A DNA stretch of 64,000 bases from Calcarisporiella thermophila CBS 279.70 (lineage: Eukaryota; Fungi; Calcarisporiellomycota): positions 299,866 through 363,865 of the forward strand of contig NW_027192219.1 in the NCBI RefSeq assembly GCF_041956535.1. The letters are read 5' to 3'. The position numbers and the translations under genes were made by a program. Shown here piece by piece: positions 38,001-51,961 of this stretch (its first letter is position 1; every line of letters starts with the position of its first letter). Below the pieces are notes generated by a model that saw only the letters and a program-made list of their open reading frames with translations, was not told where the DNA came from and did no database searches.

Positions 38001-41000
38001 ACTCGATCCAGGCACTAGGAGCAATTGCCGGGCAACTACGCTGGGGACAATATCACATGCTGCTGAAGAAGTTCCTAAAGCTACTTCCGAAGAAGACGCA
38101 GCTGGAAAAAGTGCTGGTGCGTACGGTCATCGCCATTTTGGACGCGTTTCACTTTGATTTGCGAAGTGCTACGGTCACCGAAGAGACTCTCGCGGCGATG
38201 GGAAATAAACAGAGATTGGTGTTGGAACCTATGGAGTTGCCTGACGGGGCTGTTTCTGGGCAGGCTGGGGATAATGCAGAGGGCAAGCAAGCCCAACCCA
38301 ATGCAGCTCAAACGGAAGCAAAAGTGGAAGATAAACAGTATGCTGAGGATAAAGTGGAGGAGAAGGCCGCAGCGAAAGGCCAGAGCCAAGCAGAAGAGGA
38401 AGAAGTCGAGGAAGAGGAAGAGGAAGAGGTGGAAGAGCAGGAGGAAGAGGCGGGGGCATCGGCTTCTGCGATGGATGAGACCGCACTTTCGAAAGAGCTG
38501 ATTACTCGCATCCATGACACTCTCGTCACCAAACTTCTCCCCGAGCTCCATCGCTATCTCACCCAGCGGGACGAGACCAGTGTTATGGTGCGCATTCCCG
38601 TTGCGCTGTCAATCACCAAACTGCTAACACAGCTGCCTGAGAGCTCACTGAAGTTTAATCTCCCCGGTCTCCTCACGTCCGTCTGCCAGATTCTGCGCAG
38701 CCGCCAGCAGGAAGCACGAGACGCCACCCGTGATACGCTGCTTAAGATCAGTGAATTCTTGGGAGCCGACTACTTTTCCTTCATCGTGAGCGAGCTTCGG
38801 GGCGCTCTACAGCGCGGCTATCAGCGCCACGTGCTTGGGTTCACGCTGAACTCGCTACTTGTGCATATGGTTCCCCGATTGCAAGTGGGAGACATAGATC
38901 ACTGCCTCTCCGAGGTGGTTGAGGTCTTGGTGGATGATATATTTGGGGAAATAGCCGAAGAGAAGGAGGTCGATGAGCTTCGTGGCAAGATGAGGGAGTC
39001 TAAGTCTGTGCGTAGTTTCGAGTCATTCGAGCTGCTTGGAAAAATTGTTCGTTTCAAGAGCGTTGGGGTTGTGCTGATTCCGATTCGTGACATTATGCGC
39101 GAGACCGAGAGCAAGGCGGTTACTCGAAAGTTGGATGAGGTGCTGCGTCGGCTTGCCGTGGGTTTGAATGGCAACGCGCAGTTTGAAACCAAGGAGATGC
39201 TCGTATTCTGCCACGGTTTAATCTCCCAAAGTCTGCAGTTCACCAAGATCAAGGAGCAGCAGCAGAAGAAGAAGGAAAAGAAGAGTGCGCTCGAGGTCAA
39301 CTTCACCGTGCAACTCAAGCGCGACGTGCGCGAGCCAGTCGATCGGTTCAGTGCGAATGCCCACCGGTTTGTAGAGTTCGGTCTCGGGATTCTGAATACG
39401 GCGTTAAAGCGCGGACGCTTTGACGTTCAGTCGCAGGAAGAGCTCGAAATGCTGGATCCCTTTGTGGATGCAGTAGGAAATGCGCTCTTCTCCAAGAACA
39501 CAAGCGTGATTTCACTCGCCACAAAGGTTTTAGCCATCTTGTGCAAGCTCCCGCTCCCGGGTCTTGAAAAGGCGCTTCCTGCGATCATCAAGCGAGTGTT
39601 CTCGCTTCTCAAGGGAATGTCGGGCTCGACGACCTCTGAGCTGGGTCAAAACTGCTTTAAACTCTTGACAGTGGCCATCCGGGACAATAAGCAATCCGAA
39701 ATCACGGAGCAGCAGCTGGTCTATCTGATCCACCTCATACTGCCCGATTTAGAGGAGCCCGAGCGACAAGGCACTGCGTTCGCACTGATCCGCGCGATCG
39801 TCTCCCGGAAGTTGGTGGCGCCCGAAGTGTATGACATGATGCAAGCCATCGCGGAGATTATGGTCACCTCACAAGATGCTCAGGTCCGTGAGCAATGCCG
39901 GCACGTTTATCTCCAGTTCTTGCTCGACTATCCACAAGGCCGCGGCCGCCTTAAGAACCAGATGGAGTTCCTCGCCACGAACCTCGGCTATCCGCACGAG
40001 AATGGTCGAGTTTCGGTGATGGAGATGCTTAACGTTATTTTTGCAAAGTTTGGCGAAGATATTCTCAACACTTTTGCCGACAAGTTCTTCATTGCCTTGG
40101 TCACCAGTTTGGTTAGCGATGAGTCGTCCCGGTGCCGAGAAATGGCGGGTGCGCTCATTAAATCACTGATGCTGCGGATGACAAAGGAGCGACTTGGGAA
40201 GACCTATGCGATGATGGACAAGTGGTTTGCTCAGGAGGCTCAGAGCGGGCTGCAGCAAGCTGCTGCCCAGGTTTATGGGCTTGCAGTGGAAGCTTTCCGA
40301 GAGGAGTTCCGCTCGCGTCTCTCCGGCCTTTTGGACCAACTAGTAACGGGCTTGACCACCAGCAGCGACCTGATAGAAAAGGAGAACGCCCAGAAGAAGG
40401 CTAACAGCATTAAAGATGAGACCAGAGAGGATAAAGAGATGGATAGTGACGAAGAGGAAAGCATGGAGATGGAAACCTCCTCGCCCGCGGCTAACGATAC
40501 CTGGGAAACCACTCTTCAGATCCTCCTTACTCTCGAGAAGGTCCTTCACCAGTTCCCGCATCTGATCAACTCCTCTAACACAATTACTCACCACTGGCCA
40601 CTGGTCCGTATGCACATTCTCCATCCTCAAGCAAAGATACGCCTAGTTGCTATGAGACTTTGGGGTATTCGCTTTGCAACTATTGATCCTAGCACCCGCT
40701 ATCCTAAGAATCAGGAGGACGACAGCACCAGTGATGAGGCAAAATTGAAGAGAGAAGAGTTACGTGATTTCGTGCAGCTGGGATGTGTGTTGCTTAGAGA
40801 TGTAGAGCTGAGCGAGGAACTTGCTACTCAAGTGGTGAAGAACTTGTTCTTCGTAGGCAAATGCCTGTATCATCTCCCCCCTTCGGAGGATATCGCGCGA
40901 ACTGGTGGTGATGTAGTTGAGGATGAGGAGAATGTGGAGGCTCTCGGAGATTCTAACCCGGATATCCAAGAGGAAGAGAGTGAAGACGAGGAAGATGAAA

Positions 41001-41775
41001 ATGAAGATGGTGATGATGCAAACAAAGAAGAGGAAGAAGAAAATGAGCAGGTTGCGAGTGAAGATCAAAGTTTGGAAATGAATGGGTCTCCAGTCAAAGA
41101 GAAAGCAGGACCCGTATTTATTCGCAAGAGCCTCCTCTGGATGTTCAAGAAGTTTTCCTTCCAAGCCCGTGGGGCGATGATTAAGGACAAGCAAACCCTA
41201 CAGGTAGGTTTTAGTCTGGGAGAAGGGAAGTGTCGGAGCCACTTTTAACAGGAGCTTAATGTTCTATTTGCAATTTTATAGCGTACGTTCATCTTTAAAT
41301 GGTTTGCAGCCATGTCTAACTACATTGACTCGGAGGATTTGGGACCTTATCTGATTCCAATCATCTCACCAATATACCGGATGGTGAACGATGAAACAGC
41401 CAAAGGCAAAGATATAGGTATGTGGGATGCTACAAGCGGCATGTGAAATTTTCAAGACGCTTTAACATTCTTTTTTTTTTTCTTTCAGAGGAATTACGCC
41501 GTCTTGGGCAGGAAGTGCTTGATCTCGTACAGAAGCGAGCTGGAACGACGCGGTATGTCACAGCCTATAGTCAGGTGCAACGCCGTGTTGCCGAAATGCG
41601 ACATGAGCGCAAAGCGAAGCGATCGCTGAGGGCGATAACCGACCCCCAAGCGAGCGCGCGCCGACGATTGCAGAAGAACGAGATGAAGCGCGCCGCGCGA
41701 AAGCGAAAGAATGAGGCATTTGCAGCTGGAAAAGTCCGGTTAACAGTGCGAAAGAAGAGACGGACAGACGCTTAA
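32038..41775 (+). CDS. UTP20: U3 snoRNP/SSU processome component Utp20 (large HEAT-repeat protein), multi-exon
   Basis: Start MSTGKDLNTREGKNRFK|YQSFKTRVESLKID. Motifs include SYFNEALQEWKELNLTQHF, DRIM-region 'NLVDEVKFRDEL', 'RLDEPDFDRRL', 'LQRGYQRHVLGFTL' and 'YLQFLLDYPQG', plus a basic C-terminus. There is a 2136-codon central exon with many short introns at the 5' end and two at the 3' end. Confidence 0.95.
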
Positions 41776-43034
41776 GATAGTGCCCGCCTCCCTCCCCCCC
41801 TCCTTATTTATAGAATACCAAACGGATCGCAAAATTCTTCACCCTTTTTATTTTTAATCCCTTCTCTCTCCTATATGTACATAGAAAGAGTGCTCTCTAC
41901 TCGCAAAAGACGACTATCCAAATATATTTTCTTGTCCCACAGTTATACCATATCTTGGAAGAAAATGCGAATAAAACTAATAAGTTGCGACATTATTGTC
42001 CCGGCCTACTGACAAATCCCGACAAGGCTAAGGGCCGCCTGATACTAGATAGCGATTCCAAGTTTCCAAGGTTCTAAGTTAGGTTATCGCAACAAGGTTC
42101 AAACCTTTCACCTATCGAAACTAGTGTGAGAATGGGTGGCTTTAGTTTTACCACAGTCGAGAGGAATGCAGCACATCCAAGAGCCGCCGGCCACAACACA
42201 CTTTGGCCGCGGACTCACCCGTTTGAGGCATGGCCTCTATTTGCAGCACGAGAGCTCTTTCTCTCCAACCCAGCTTGGCATGATGGCTGGGCCCGCTTTT
42301 CTTGCGTTCATGCACCCGTGGCTATCCACGGCTATTCCTCGCATATCCCGCATTTCGTCAGTCAGCCCGGAAGCGCCTCAGGGCCGAGTTTAGCTTTGTG
42401 AGTGACGGAGCCGGCCCAAATAGGCAACCGCAGGAGGGGCCTGCTGTCTTGATGGCCGCAAACTTTTTCATGACCTCCAGCTCAGCTTTATGCGTGTCAA
42501 GCTACCAAGCCCAGCCCTAAAATTACGCGGCTCGCTTAATTAAATGTCAGCCTGTGGCTGATCCTTGGCCCCATTTGACTCCCCCCGTCACACCCACGCA
42601 TAAACTCAAAGGCAAGACGGCAAGCGAGCGCTCCAGCCGCCGGCTCGGGCGCCAAACCGGGCTCACGGCGGTGCGGAGGGCAAGAGGCAGGGGGTAGCGC
42701 CGGCCGGAGGGGTTGGAAGAGGCAGAGGGAGCGGGTGCGGGGGAACCTAGAGAAACCTAGCGTGCCATGTAAGGTTGGCTGCTCGGAGAAAGATAAGGAA
42801 ATGACGAGCCATGCGAAGTTTCTTGATATGCTTCTCTAATTTGATAGAGAACCAAAGCAAAGATAAAATTGAGTTTCTCCACTTTTCATTCTTCCTTTTA
42901 TGCACCAAAAGAGAGTTGCCACTCCCCCCTTCTTAAAAATTTCGCACGACGCGACCCTCTCTTCGAGATTCTTACTCTTCTATATCCCGGAATTCTTCCT
43001 TTCTGAATAACACCTGCACTATATCACCAAAAGA

Positions 43035-43202
43035 ATGCATTTCATCCTCGATCTCATCAGTCTCGCCTTCCGCAACATGGCCATCGTGACCATCCTCCTC
43101 CCTCTCGTCATCCTCATTGCAACCGACACTTTCGCATTTGCATTGGTGCGTTGCGCAGAGGTCGTCGCCCCGCACAGGTTAACGAGAATAGAGGGTCGCT
43201 AG
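43035..43202 (+). CDS. Putative 55-aa hydrophobic microprotein (below the ORF-track cutoff)
   Basis: ATG in AAGAATG context. The translation is MHFILDLISLAFRNMAIVTILLPLVILIATDTFAFALVRCAEVVAPHRLTRIEGR*, with one long TM-like segment. Confidence 0.45.
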   Translation: MHFILDLISLAFRNMAIVTILLPLVILIATDTFAFALVRCAEVVAPHRLTRIEGR

Positions 43203-44352
43203 GGATGTCGTCATTGCATTTCGTGCTTGCTCCGGTCATGCGAGCCAAAATTAAAAAGAGCGAAATTCTATACTCCTGGGAATTGTTTCATGTTTATATC
43301 GTTATGTTGTCATTTTATCATGTACATATTATATTCTTCGAATTATATTTAATTAAAAAAAAAGCCTTCCTCCGATTCATCTACACGCAAGCAATTGTAT
43401 TGACGGATACAATATTGCTGTTAATAAACACAAGCAGATATACAATGCAGTTAAGGTGATGCAATGAAGGGCAGAGTCTGGTAGTACATTGCTAGAATCC
43501 TTTTACTACTGAGCTGTGTTCGACTTTTCGTGGTCCACTGTGTCTCGAGTTCTTATAATGGACATGGGATACGAATTGGTGGGAAGGGGAGGCAATTTTC
43601 TACCTTACTACATTCACAACTTTGGAAAGGGGAGCCGGCTCTTATTTTATGCTGTCTCCCATCGATAGATTCTGCTGTAGTTCAAGTGGTCCTCAATATC
43701 ATCAATATCACCAAAGTATCATTATGGGCAAAGGCAACTACACTACGAGACTTCATGAATCCATCTCAACAGCCCTTAGGGAAGCAAAAGGTTAGCTCTT
43801 ATATCTGTTTGCGTGATGGGCAAAGATTATGTATTGGTTTTTTATTGAAATGTGAACCAAAGCTGATCGTAAGATGTTATCGTCACTATTGAGGTAGCCA
43901 TTCCTAAAGAAATACGTCTGATTACCTCCCGTATTTACAATACAAGGGAATTGTTCATAACTACATCCAGAAAATAATAGCTTACTAGTTTAGAAAGGCG
44001 GACAATGAAAGGCTCGGCTTTCGATGAGAGCTTTGGATTCAAGGGGGGCACTAGTCCACTCTACTATACTATAGGGCGGATGGGCGGATGGGCGGATGGA
44101 TGGATGGGCATTTAACTTGGATAATCTATAGAACACTCACTTCGAGCCATCCCTACTCCAGGTTACTGCAGCATGCATCCAAGTCGCCCCCAAGAAGGTG
44201 GGATCCGCAAGTAGGTATATTAACCTTGAAGAAGGATGGATATGTCTGAAACTTGCTGCGCCTTTCTGAAATATTGAACACATTGCGTTCTCGTGAACCA
44301 CGCTTCGCTTTTCGAATAAATTTAAGCATCAAAGAATAATGCCCTTCTAAGA

Positions 44353-47300
44353 ATGATGGAGAGTTTTTACATGTATTTTCAGGACAAGCGCCATGAGACA
44401 ATGGCTAGGCCAGCATCTCAGATCGTATCCCAACAAGAATGGCGCATGAAGGAAAGGCTAAAAACCGTTTCGGTGCTAATATTGATCTGCCTCAATATTG
44501 GTGTCGATCCGCCGGACATCGTAAAGACTCATCCGTGCGCGAAATTAGAATGCTGGTTTGATCCTGAATCAACAGCGCGTGGAAAGGCAATGGAAGAGAT
44601 TGCAAAGCGATTACAAAGCCAGTATGAGGCATTACAACCCCGAGCGCGGTATAGATTAGGCTTAGATCCATCCGTGGAGGACGCGCGCAAACTTTGTCAG
44701 CAGCTGCGCAGAAATGCCAAGGATGAGCGCGTACTTTTCCACTACAATGGACATGGAGTTCCAAAGCCAACCACAAGTGGAGAGATTTGGTTATTCAACA
44801 AGAACTTTACACAATATATCCCAGTATCCCTCTATGATATCCAAGGGTGGTTGGGTGCGCCATGCATCTATGTTTACGACTGCTCAGCTGCGGGTAATAT
44901 CCTATTGTCATTTAATAAGTTTGCAGAGCAACGCGATCAAGAAGCTCAGCGTGCTGCCGCAAGGAATGCTTATTCTTCTTCCACTTCATCCCAACAACCA
45001 CCGCAGCTCCAACAGCAGCAACAACCTCAACTTCACCCTCAACAACAGCAGCAGCCACAGCAGCAGCAACCTCAACCTTACCATCCCCACCACCGACAAA
45101 ACCAACCACAGCAAAATGGTGGAAATATACCCCATGCACCTTTTCCGAGTATGAACGATAGCATTCAATTGGCAGCCTGCGGGCCAAATGAGATCTTGCC
45201 TATGCATCCCGATATGCCTGCTGATATGTTTACATGCTGTTTAACCACCCCCATCGAGATTGCCGTCACCTATTTTGTGCTCCAAAATCCACTCAAACTC
45301 ACCAATCTCTCCTTGGCAAAGGTGCGCAAGATTCCCGGGCGAACAGATGACCGACGGACTCCGCTGGGCGAGTTGAACTGGATTTTTACGGCCATCACCG
45401 ATACGATTGCTTGGAATGTGCTGCGTGACGAACCCGAGTTATTCAAGCGTCTGTTTCGACAGGATCTGATGGTGGCCGGCTTATTCCGCAATTTCCTACT
45501 GGCAAATCGAATTATGCGAACCTACAAATGCACCCCGATGTCGTCGCCCGTCCTACCTCCAACCCACAACCACCCGCTGTGGGATGCGTGGGATCTGGCG
45601 GTCGATATGGTGTTGGCTCAAATGCCGGCTCTACTAGAGGCGGAAGCTAATGCAATCCAGCCTCTGCCCTACAAAAATAGCAACTTCTTCGAGGATCAGC
45701 TGACCGCATTCGACGTGTGGCTCCGGAAAGGGGCAGTAACCCGCCAGCCTCCCGAACAGTTGCCCATTGTACTCCAGGTGTTGCTCAGTCAGGTGCATCG
45801 TGTTCGGGCCCTTGTGCTGCTGAGCAAATTTTTAGACTTGGGACCCTGGGCAGTGCACCTTGCGCTCTCCGTGGGCATCTTCCCTTATGTGCTCAAGCTT
45901 CTACAGAGTCCAGCGGCGGATCTCAAACCCGTGTTGGTGTTCATCTGGTCGCGCGTTCTGGCGGTCGACCGCTCATGCCAGATGGACCTGCACAAGGGCA
46001 ATGGCTTCCTCTACTTTGTGAACATTCTTTCACCCAAGCATAACCTCCCGCTCCCAAATGTTGCGGACCACCAGGCCATGTGCGCATTCATTCTCTCCGT
46101 GTTTTGCACGGATTTCCCTCCCGGGCAGCAAGCATGCCTAAAAAATAATGTGATGGGTTTCTGTGTCGAACACATTGGCCATCACGACCCGTTGCTCAAA
46201 CAGTGGGCATGCCTGCTGCTTGGACAGCTGTGGAGGCACCACCCAGAGGCGAAGTGGACCGCGATCCGTGATAATACTCACGTGCGCCTGCTTGAATGTC
46301 TGGCCACCCCAGAGAATGTTCCTGAGGTTCGCGCCTCAATCCTGTATGCATTGACCACCTTCATTGGTGATCTAGATAAAACTGAGCAGGTTGTGGATAT
46401 AGAACGCATGATCGCGGTGACTGCGCTGGTAGCGACCAACGACCAGTCACCCGTGGTGAGGCGCGAACTTGTGATCCTACTTTCGGCCATTGTACACGAA
46501 TATCTGCCCAAATTTATTCTTGCAGCTTACGAGCTCACTGAAGAAGACAGACAGAGAGCTGAAGATCAACGGAGTAAACAACAGCAGCATCCGCAGCAAC
46601 AAGGGCAGCCGCCACAGCAACAAAGACGCGAGCGCCGCCGTATCTCTGATGGAGTATTCCGTTCCCAAGGCCACCACAGCACAATCTATGGGAGCATTTG
46701 GAAAGCACTCCTGACCCTCTCGGTGGATCCACACCCTGAAGTACGCGAGTCGGCAACCAAGATCGTGGACTACGTTCACTACCAGCTCATTTGTCAACCA
46801 CCCTCGGAGAGCATTGTATCTTCCCTCTATCAGTTGGTCAATTCAGCGCCATCCTCAACGCCTACTCTGGCCAATACACCCTCCACGACTTCGGTGGCGT
46901 CTGCCGTGGGAGGAGGGGGCTCGGTCGGAGGAGCAGGAGCAGTAGGTGGAGGAAGACCCGCTCTTCCACCGAATGAGCGATCTCTGTCGTTCCATGGCAC
47001 TGCAGGTGGAAGTGGGGCGGATCCAGTGACAACTGCCGCTTCACGCGTGGCTTCAACTCTAAGGCGTTCAGCCTCGTTTGTTTTCAAAAACTTGTACTCC
47101 CACTCAAACGGGGATACATCCTCTATGGACGAGCACCATCATCCCGAACGGGCGCACACGCCGCCTCCTGTAAGCTTAAAGAGGGTAGGCACTGCGCCCT
47201 CCTCAGGGAGGATATCTCCCGTGCCCACTCCCCTAGAGGGAAGTCGAGGAGGATCCTCCACGGTGTCGACGGATGGCGGGGAAAACTGGGAATCTTTGAG

Positions 47301-48709
47301 GCTACCCCTGAAATCGGAATTTTTCGAGTGGAGCTGCGAGTTCTTTACCGAGCCCCAAATCCAAGTATTTATTCTCATTCATACTATAACATTTTGTATC
47401 TGGGTTATTTATATTTTGTTCGCTTTTACCCTTTTTGCTTTCTCTAAGCCTTCTGAGTCCGACGAGCCCGGAAGCATCACCTATAACGAGCGGTTGTGGC
47501 GACGCAACCGGAATGAAAAGATTATTGCGCAGACACAAACCATAAAAGAGAGTGCAGGTTGGTTGAGTTACTGTTACTAGGATTCGTCTCTGGAAACAAA
47601 AGACACTAACGCTATATTCTGTTCTATTATTCAATAGGAGCGAGTGCATGGGATCGAACTCTTCGGACGATGGGTGTGGACATCATTCCATCCAAGATGA
47701 CATTCCATCAATTCGAACCCCATTTGATATTTGCAGATAATCAGCACACTCTGAGGTAGGTGAATTGGTACAGGGAGGAAACTAAGGGGCAAATACCCAA
47801 GGCTTAACCTTCCACTTCTTATCCTTCAGTGTATACAACTGGGAGGACGGAACCCACCTCAACTATTTCGCCAATGGCAATCCTCCTCGTAGCCATATAT
47901 CATCGATTCGTCTGATCAACGAAGAGGACATTGCCATGCTTATGGCTGGCTCGAGTGATGGCGTTGTACGCATGTACAAACATTATGACCGCATGGGACA
48001 GGCAGAGCTCGTTACCGCTTGGAGAGCACTTCCTGAGATGACTCCAGCTTCGCCCGGAGTCGGACTGGTGATGGAATGGCAGCAGCGTGGCGTGCTCTTT
48101 GTGGCTGGAGACGCCAAGGCGATAAAAATATGGGATGCTGCCAGGGAGTTGTGTATAAGTGATGTCCACACACGCAGTGGGAGCTTTGTTACCTCGCTTA
48201 GCAGCGATCAGATGGGCGGGAACATTTTTGTGGCTGGGTTTGCGGATGGGGCCATTCGCGTCTACGATCGGAGAATGGATCCCCGGGAGTGCATGGTGTG
48301 GCAATGGAAGGAGCACAAGAGCCCGGTGATAAACGTTTCGATGCAGCAAGATGGAAATCGTGAGCTTGTGAGCGGTGGGGCTGCAGGCGACGTTCGCGTG
48401 TGGGATGTTCGGATGGAATCCTCGGTCCACACCTGGGAAGCACACATGTCGTCTCTCTCTGCAATCGCAGCCCATCCAAGTGCCCCCGTTATTTCGACGG
48501 GCTCACAGCACCTCGTCAAGGTCTGGAACACCTCTGGCACACAATTAAGCATCCTACGACAACACACCGGCTTTTTGGGACAGCGAATAGGGCCTGTTAC
48601 AGCTCTGGCTTTCCACCCCCACAAGGCCGTTTTGGCGGCGGCAGGAGGTGGTGACCATTATGTAACCATACAGTGCCCTCATATTAGCGAGGACGGGAAG
48701 AGAGCGTAG
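44353..48709 (+). CDS. KOG1: TORC1 subunit Raptor/Kog1 (RNC + HEAT + WD40); 5' exon(s) unresolved
   Basis: Motifs include WRMKERLKTVSV..LCLNIGVDPPD, ERVLFHYNGHGVPKPT, RTPLGELNWIFTAITDTIAW and PPEQLPIVLQVLLSQVHR, followed by C-terminal WD40 repeats. Introns are at ~47365-47448, ~47558-47637 and ~47755-47829. Confidence 0.97.
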
Positions 48710-49234
48710 GGTTTGGTCGGATGAAGAAGGCATGTGACCTGATTAGACTACAGATTTTTTTGTTGATGTAAAAAAGGATTCTATATATATATAAATATAT
48801 ACATAAATTTATTCTATTTTTATTTTTATTTTATTTTATTTTCATTTTTATTTTTATTTTATTTCTTTTTTTCTTTCCTTCTTTATATTCCTATTTTATT
48901 ATTTGCATTTGAGAAAGTTTTTTCCTCGATCCCCCCTTCTTTCTTCATTGTATGAGTGAGCCCTCTCTTTATTTTGCGTTATGTACCTTTTGATAAGAGA
49001 GTACCCGGTCTTTTCTACTTGTTATAATAAACCCTTCTCTAGAATTTATCAGATTACACTTGCATGGTTTGGCTCGATGCCATTTTAATAAGAGACTAGC
49101 GTTACACAAGATCGCAATCAAACATGTTTATTCCACATTATTGAGAGTCACGTACAGGATATACATTAAATTATCCCATTATATGGTATAAAAGTCATAC
49201 TACACGCCCGTATGCTCTTCGCGTGTCGGTGTGG

Positions 49235-50119
49235 TTATGCTTTAAGCACTCCCTCCTGGAGCACCTTCATTATAACCCAGACCATCTCAACCAAACTCTC
49301 CGGTTGCGGAGCGGTGATTAACCGCCCATCACATACTACGTGAGGCCAAAGAGGGGCCGGCCCTTCTATGAACACGCCTCCTGCCTTGCGTAATTCATCT
49401 TCGATTTGAATCGGCAGAGTGCCATAGGTGCCCAGCTTTTTATCTTCAGCGTTGGTCCATGCGGTGCAGCGTTTGTCAAGTATAAGTGGGGTTGAGTCCG
49501 AAAGTGTGGCGTGTACGAGAGCAGCCTGGCCATGACAAACAGCGCTAACTAGTCCACCGTTTTTCTCATAGACTTTTCGGATGAGGTCGTGGATTGGCTT
49601 GTTATGCAGCATGTCAAAAACTGGGCCTAAAATAAACCAGAAATTAATGCAGTTAATATGACCCATCCACTACCCAAGGGTTCACTAAAACTGCCTCCAG
49701 CATATGGAAGATTCTCTAAATACATACCACATCCTCCCGGGAAATGAATCCCTACCACGTTGCTTAGATCCTCTTTTAAGACCTCGTCCACGCTCCGTAC
49801 GTTATCCCCAGGTTTTTCGCTCAAATACTGTTGACAATAGGGGTAGTTGCTCATGATTTCCACACTGAGGGGGTCTAATGGTATTTTCCCGCCTTGTACT
49901 GAGCATAGCTCAACTGCAAAACCACGGGACTTGAGAAAGTAATACGGGACGGCAATTTCAGGGAGAAAATTACCGAAGTATTTTTCTACAAATATTGGAG
50001 TATCAACGAAGAATAAGAAAGAGAATAGAGTGAATGGATTCATCATACATACCGCCATTCGGATTGTGCGAAAAAGATGTACAAACAACGAGGAACTTGT
50101 GGTTTGTGGAAGGGGCCAT
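49235..50119 (-). CDS. DJ-1/PfpI superfamily, Hsp31-like glyoxalase III/chaperone
   Basis: Three exons: MAPSTNHKFLVVCTS..., 'G.FLPEIAVPY...GGKIPLDPLS', 'FPGGCGPVFDM', the nucleophile elbow 'SAVCHG', and 'HVVCDGRLITA'. Confidence 0.9.
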
Positions 50120-51961
50120 TCTTGAATGTTTTCTTAGTGATATCAAGTGTTTACAGGGGTAATATCGCGTATTAGCAAAGGATGCTCAGGTCAATTTATA
50201 GAAACGATGGCCTCCTTTATGAATCACATTTAGCCGCCCCGGAATTTGCCTAAAGTTTTTAAAGGCAGTATTCCTTGCTGGTTTCAAGGCGGATCAGAGT
50301 ACAAGTGCAATGTTACGTGCGAAGTACAGTCTAAATTTAGTACCAACTTTGGGCACAACTCCATATTAGATTTCGAAATATGATATTTTACTCTTATTTC
50401 GAAATAATGTCCGCTTGTAAATAGATATGAGATATTTTTAGATGCGGCTTTGAGAGAATCTGATTTATAAGCGCATTGTAAAATAGCAGGATTTGAAAGC
50501 AATATCATTAATTACACAGCCCATCTTAAAGTATTCTAATGTGACTTATTTCATGTTTATGATATTTTTTCATCCGAATCCTCGCAAAAACTCGCATTAT
50601 ATTGCAGACTCATGTACATGCTAGAGTGTTTTCAAACGTAATTTGAAATATTGAAAGAGTATGTTAATACATCGAGTGCGCTTTGCATGCCGTATAGCTA
50701 TGCACCGAAAAGCGTCAGATCATTCAGCGAATTTTCGTGACATAAGCTTTTGTGCTAGTGGCGACTATGCTCTAAAGTAAAACTTATGGACATGGTTTAA
50801 AACTCCAGTAAAGTGGTTCTATCTGCAGACAGCTGGTTTGCACTGATTCTACATTAGTCTATATGTACTCTTAGTCGGATTTCTCATTGCTTACTATTAG
50901 ATCAGCAGGCTTTGGTTCTCAATGAACTTTTTGAGGGGTTACTTGTTATACCCTTTTGGGTATATTACTAACTCTCACATCTTCAGGTGTTTTGCATCCA
51001 ATATTTTTCTATAAAAGTATTTCAACTAGATTTAAATCAGGTATAGAATATATTAGCTCACTTCAAACCTAATAAATCGCTTTTTGTGAATAACCAGGGT
51101 CACAATAAAGCGGCCTAGTTACGCTATAAGATGCGTGACTGGCTTTTTTATAGTATATCTACTATTGTCCATATTTTTTAGTTGGCTGTGACTTTATCAC
51201 TATAATGTTGTGTACCGTAACTCGTACTAACCTCTTCGGCAACCTAATCTGCTGGTATTGCACGTGGCTTTCTCGAATATTGACGGCAAATCGGGAGTTT
51301 GAAAGATCTGAATTGAGTCGGATTTGGAGCCTACTTCTGAACAAAAGTATGAAGTATTCCTCTTAAGTTGCATGGTCTATGCGATATTGTTGGTATTAAA
51401 GTCTGAAAGAAACATGCAGAATAGCATAGCTTTAACACTAATTTCATGTACCAAAATTGCTATTGCCTTTCGTCTTGGTTTAGTATTGTTTAGCTACCTG
51501 CTCTAGGTAGGTTCTCAAAAAAAAATCCATTGTTCAGCAAATATTACTATTGTGACCACCACTCAGGCAAATTGCAATCACTGATCAAGCGTGATTTACA
51601 AACCGAACCCGCTCGAAAGATAAAGCTTTAGCTTGGCTGTGAGGCCATCTTCTCTATTTTGAAGCTTCGACTCTTAACACCGGCTCAACGGCTGGGTGCA
51701 TGTTCCCATGGTTGATCGCCAGCAGGTCTCCTTCTAGAACGTTCAAGTAGCTGATAAACGTCGAATATATAATATATAACACGTGCACATTCTCTCAATT
51801 ATTATATCGAGGGTGGCTAAGCCTTGAGCTTTCGATATGAGATTTTATGGAAATATCGCGACATTTTGGGAAGTTAGGCAGTGCTGAAGAATGGACGAAG
51901 GAGTAGTAGGGGTAGTCCTATTTAACTTTCCTATTCTGTCCTTCTAGCCATCCATCGAAAT

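Noticed and set aside
32038-48709. UTP20-KOG1 adjacency as a functional growth-control cluster
   Set aside because: Both are ordinary core genes, and the sequence gives no evidence of co-regulation.
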